DNA of 64,000 nucleotides from a bacterium (GTDB lineage: Bacteria; Zixibacteria; MSB-5A5; CAIYYT01), in the NCBI GenBank assembly GCA_016708315.1, contig JADJGC010000004.1, positions 74,159 to 138,158 of the forward strand, given 5' to 3'. The translations under genes and the position numbers were made by a program. This document shows positions 62,573 through 64,000 of the stretch, piece by piece. The notes under the pieces were generated by a model. It had not been told where the DNA came from and did not search any database. It saw only the letters and a program-made list of their open reading frames with translations. The stretch's first letter is position 1. Each line of letters opens with the position of its first letter.

Positions 62573-63541
62573 ATGTTGCTACATTCCCCCGCGATGACCT
62601 TAGACTATCAGGCAATCACATCGGCGGATGGAATCATCAATGCCGCCAAAGTCCTCGGATCAAAGTATGGCCCGTTCAAGGTCGCCGTTGCTGCTGCCGA
62701 GGACGACGATGTCCTCAAAGCTTGTGCCGAGGCTGCCGAGCTTGGATTCGCCTTCTTCACACTCTTTGGTTCTGAATCCAAACTGCGCGAAATCGGCGAG
62801 AAGCATAAGATTGACTTCTCCGGGTTCACGATAGTCAACACTAAGGACGCCAACGAGTCCGCCCATCTTGCCGCTGAGTCGGCTGACAAAGGCAAGGCTG
62901 ATCTCATCCAGAAGGGCTTCCTTTCGACATCTGCGTTACTGAAGACTGTTTTGTCGCGCGACTTCTCATTGCGGGCGGCAGACACTCTGAATCATGTCGC
63001 TGTCTTGGGATTCCCCGGCTATCACAAGCTACTTGGACTTACCGATGGCGGTATGGTCGTGAAACCGACCTTTGATCAAAAAGTACAGATCATCAATAAC
63101 TCGATAAAGCTGTTTCATTGTCTTGGATATGAAAAACCCAAAGTCGCCGTGTCGGCTGCGGTTGACTATATCCACCAGCGGTTGACAGCCACAACCGAGG
63201 CTGCCCAATTGACCGCAATGAATAAAGACGGCCTGATCCCCGACTGCGAAGTCTACGGACCGGTAACCTTCGATGCTGCCACATCGCGCTCAGTCGCGCT
63301 TAGCCGCGGCATTACTAACTACGTTGCCGGCGATGCTGATATCTTTTTGGTAGACTCGATCGAAGAATGCAACATCGTCTCCAAGACGCTGATCTTGCTT
63401 TCACCAGCGACTTTTGCGGGGGTTATCGTTGGTGCCCGGGTACCGGTCAGTCTGGTTTCGCGCACCGACACAGCTCGCAACAAACTGGCATCGATCTCCA
63501 TCGCCTGCTTGTTCTCGCACTATCTCAAGGCGGCCAAGTGA
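62573..63541 (+). CDS. ptb: Phosphate butyryltransferase / phosphate acetyltransferase-family protein
   Basis: PTA_PTB-family size and sequence. The probable start is the internal ATG at about 62594. Confidence 0.7.
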   Translation: MLLHSPAMTLDYQAITSADGIINAAKVLGSKYGPFKVAVAAAEDDDVLKACAEAAELGFAFFTLFGSESKLREIGEKHKIDFSGFTIVNTKDANESAHLAAESADKGKADLIQKGFLSTSALLKTVLSRDFSLRAADTLNHVAVLGFPGYHKLLGLTDGGMVVKPTFDQKVQIINNSIKLFHCLGYEKPKVAVSAAVDYIHQRLTATTEAAQLTAMNKDGLIPDCEVYGPVTFDAATSRSVALSRGITNYVAGDADIFLVDSIEECNIVSKTLILLSPATFAGVIVGARVPVSLVSRTDTARNKLASISIACLFSHYLKAAK

Positions 63542-64000
63542 TGTTGAAGAATTTTGCCGAGATCGAAAAACAGGCTCGCGAGAAAGCGACCGATCCACTT
63601 CTTGTCGCGTTTGTCGAACCGCACGAACCAAAACTGATTCAAGCAATCGACCGGGCGATGAAGAACCGCCTCATCAAGCCCGTCATGATCGGCGATGAAG
63701 CTGCGATTGCCAAAGCCTCTAAGGAAATCGGTGTCGATACGCTCGGCTGGGAACTTGTGCGTTCGCCAGAGCCGAACTACTCAGCATATCAAGCGCTGGA
63801 GCTGATCCGCGACAACAAAGTCGGCGGTATCTGCAAAGGCGTTTTCGGCGTCAAAGATTTCCAGTCATTGTTGTTCGAACGCAAACTTGGGTTCCGGGTG
63901 TCGAAAAACCTCGCTTCCGGCCACCTTGTCTGCAAAAATGAACAGTTGGATCGATTGTTAATACTTTCCGATCCAATCGTGAATCCTGACCCGGAAATGA
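63541..64000 (+). CDS. Second PTA/PTB-family protein, 3'-truncated by the window end
   Basis: The ATG overlaps the previous TGA. Open frame MLKNFAEIEKQAREKATDPLLVAFVEPHEPKLIQAIDRAMKNRLIKPVMIGDEAAI... runs to the window end. Confidence 0.55.
   Translation, partial: MLKNFAEIEKQAREKATDPLLVAFVEPHEPKLIQAIDRAMKNRLIKPVMIGDEAAIAKASKEIGVDTLGWELVRSPEPNYSAYQALELIRDNKVGGICKGVFGVKDFQSLLFERKLGFRVSKNLASGHLVCKNEQLDRLLILSDPIVNPDPEM

Overview
This 64 kb window is a bacterial chromosomal segment that probably lies near the replication origin. It carries parA-parB with two parS sites flanking mnmG, the rsmG gene, the rpmH-rnpA-yidD-yidC-mnmE cluster, recF-DUF721-gyrB and gyrA, a pgsA-pgpA-cinA-thpR-recA operon, and recX-alaS. 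Two perfect DnaA boxes sit in an AT-rich gap at 45.55-45.72 kb.

Accessory content:
- An exosortase (EpsH-type) plus EpsI locus with two NAD-dependent sugar epimerases/dehydratases and a UbiA-family transferase.
- Four large secreted beta-helix or transglutaminase-type proteins that share a duplicated dockerin-like, cysteine-terminated C-terminal module.
- A roughly 5 kb lower-GC insertion at 28.0-33.1 kb: a giant, internally duplicated secreted protein plus about 2 kb of decayed sequence. It is bounded by a roughly 70 bp direct repeat made by duplicating the 5' end of an isocitrate-lyase/PEP-mutase-family gene.
- A PcrB/GGGPS-like prenyl-glycerol-phosphate synthase gene overlapping a gmhA-like gene.
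- A pyruvoyl arginine decarboxylase plus a deoxyhypusine-synthase-like gene (polyamine module).
- Butyrate-type genes: crotonase, hbd, and two tandem ptb-like genes.
- A family of small CCCCTC..GAGGGG hairpin repeats at five or more intergenic sites.

Four genes are interrupted: a GNAT acetyltransferase, alaS, a lipoprotein and mnmG. This is either real decay or an assembly-quality problem. No rRNA, tRNA, CRISPR, transposase or integrase genes were recognised. The secreted-protein repertoire and exosortase suggest an uncultivated FCB-type lineage, but that is only an inference.
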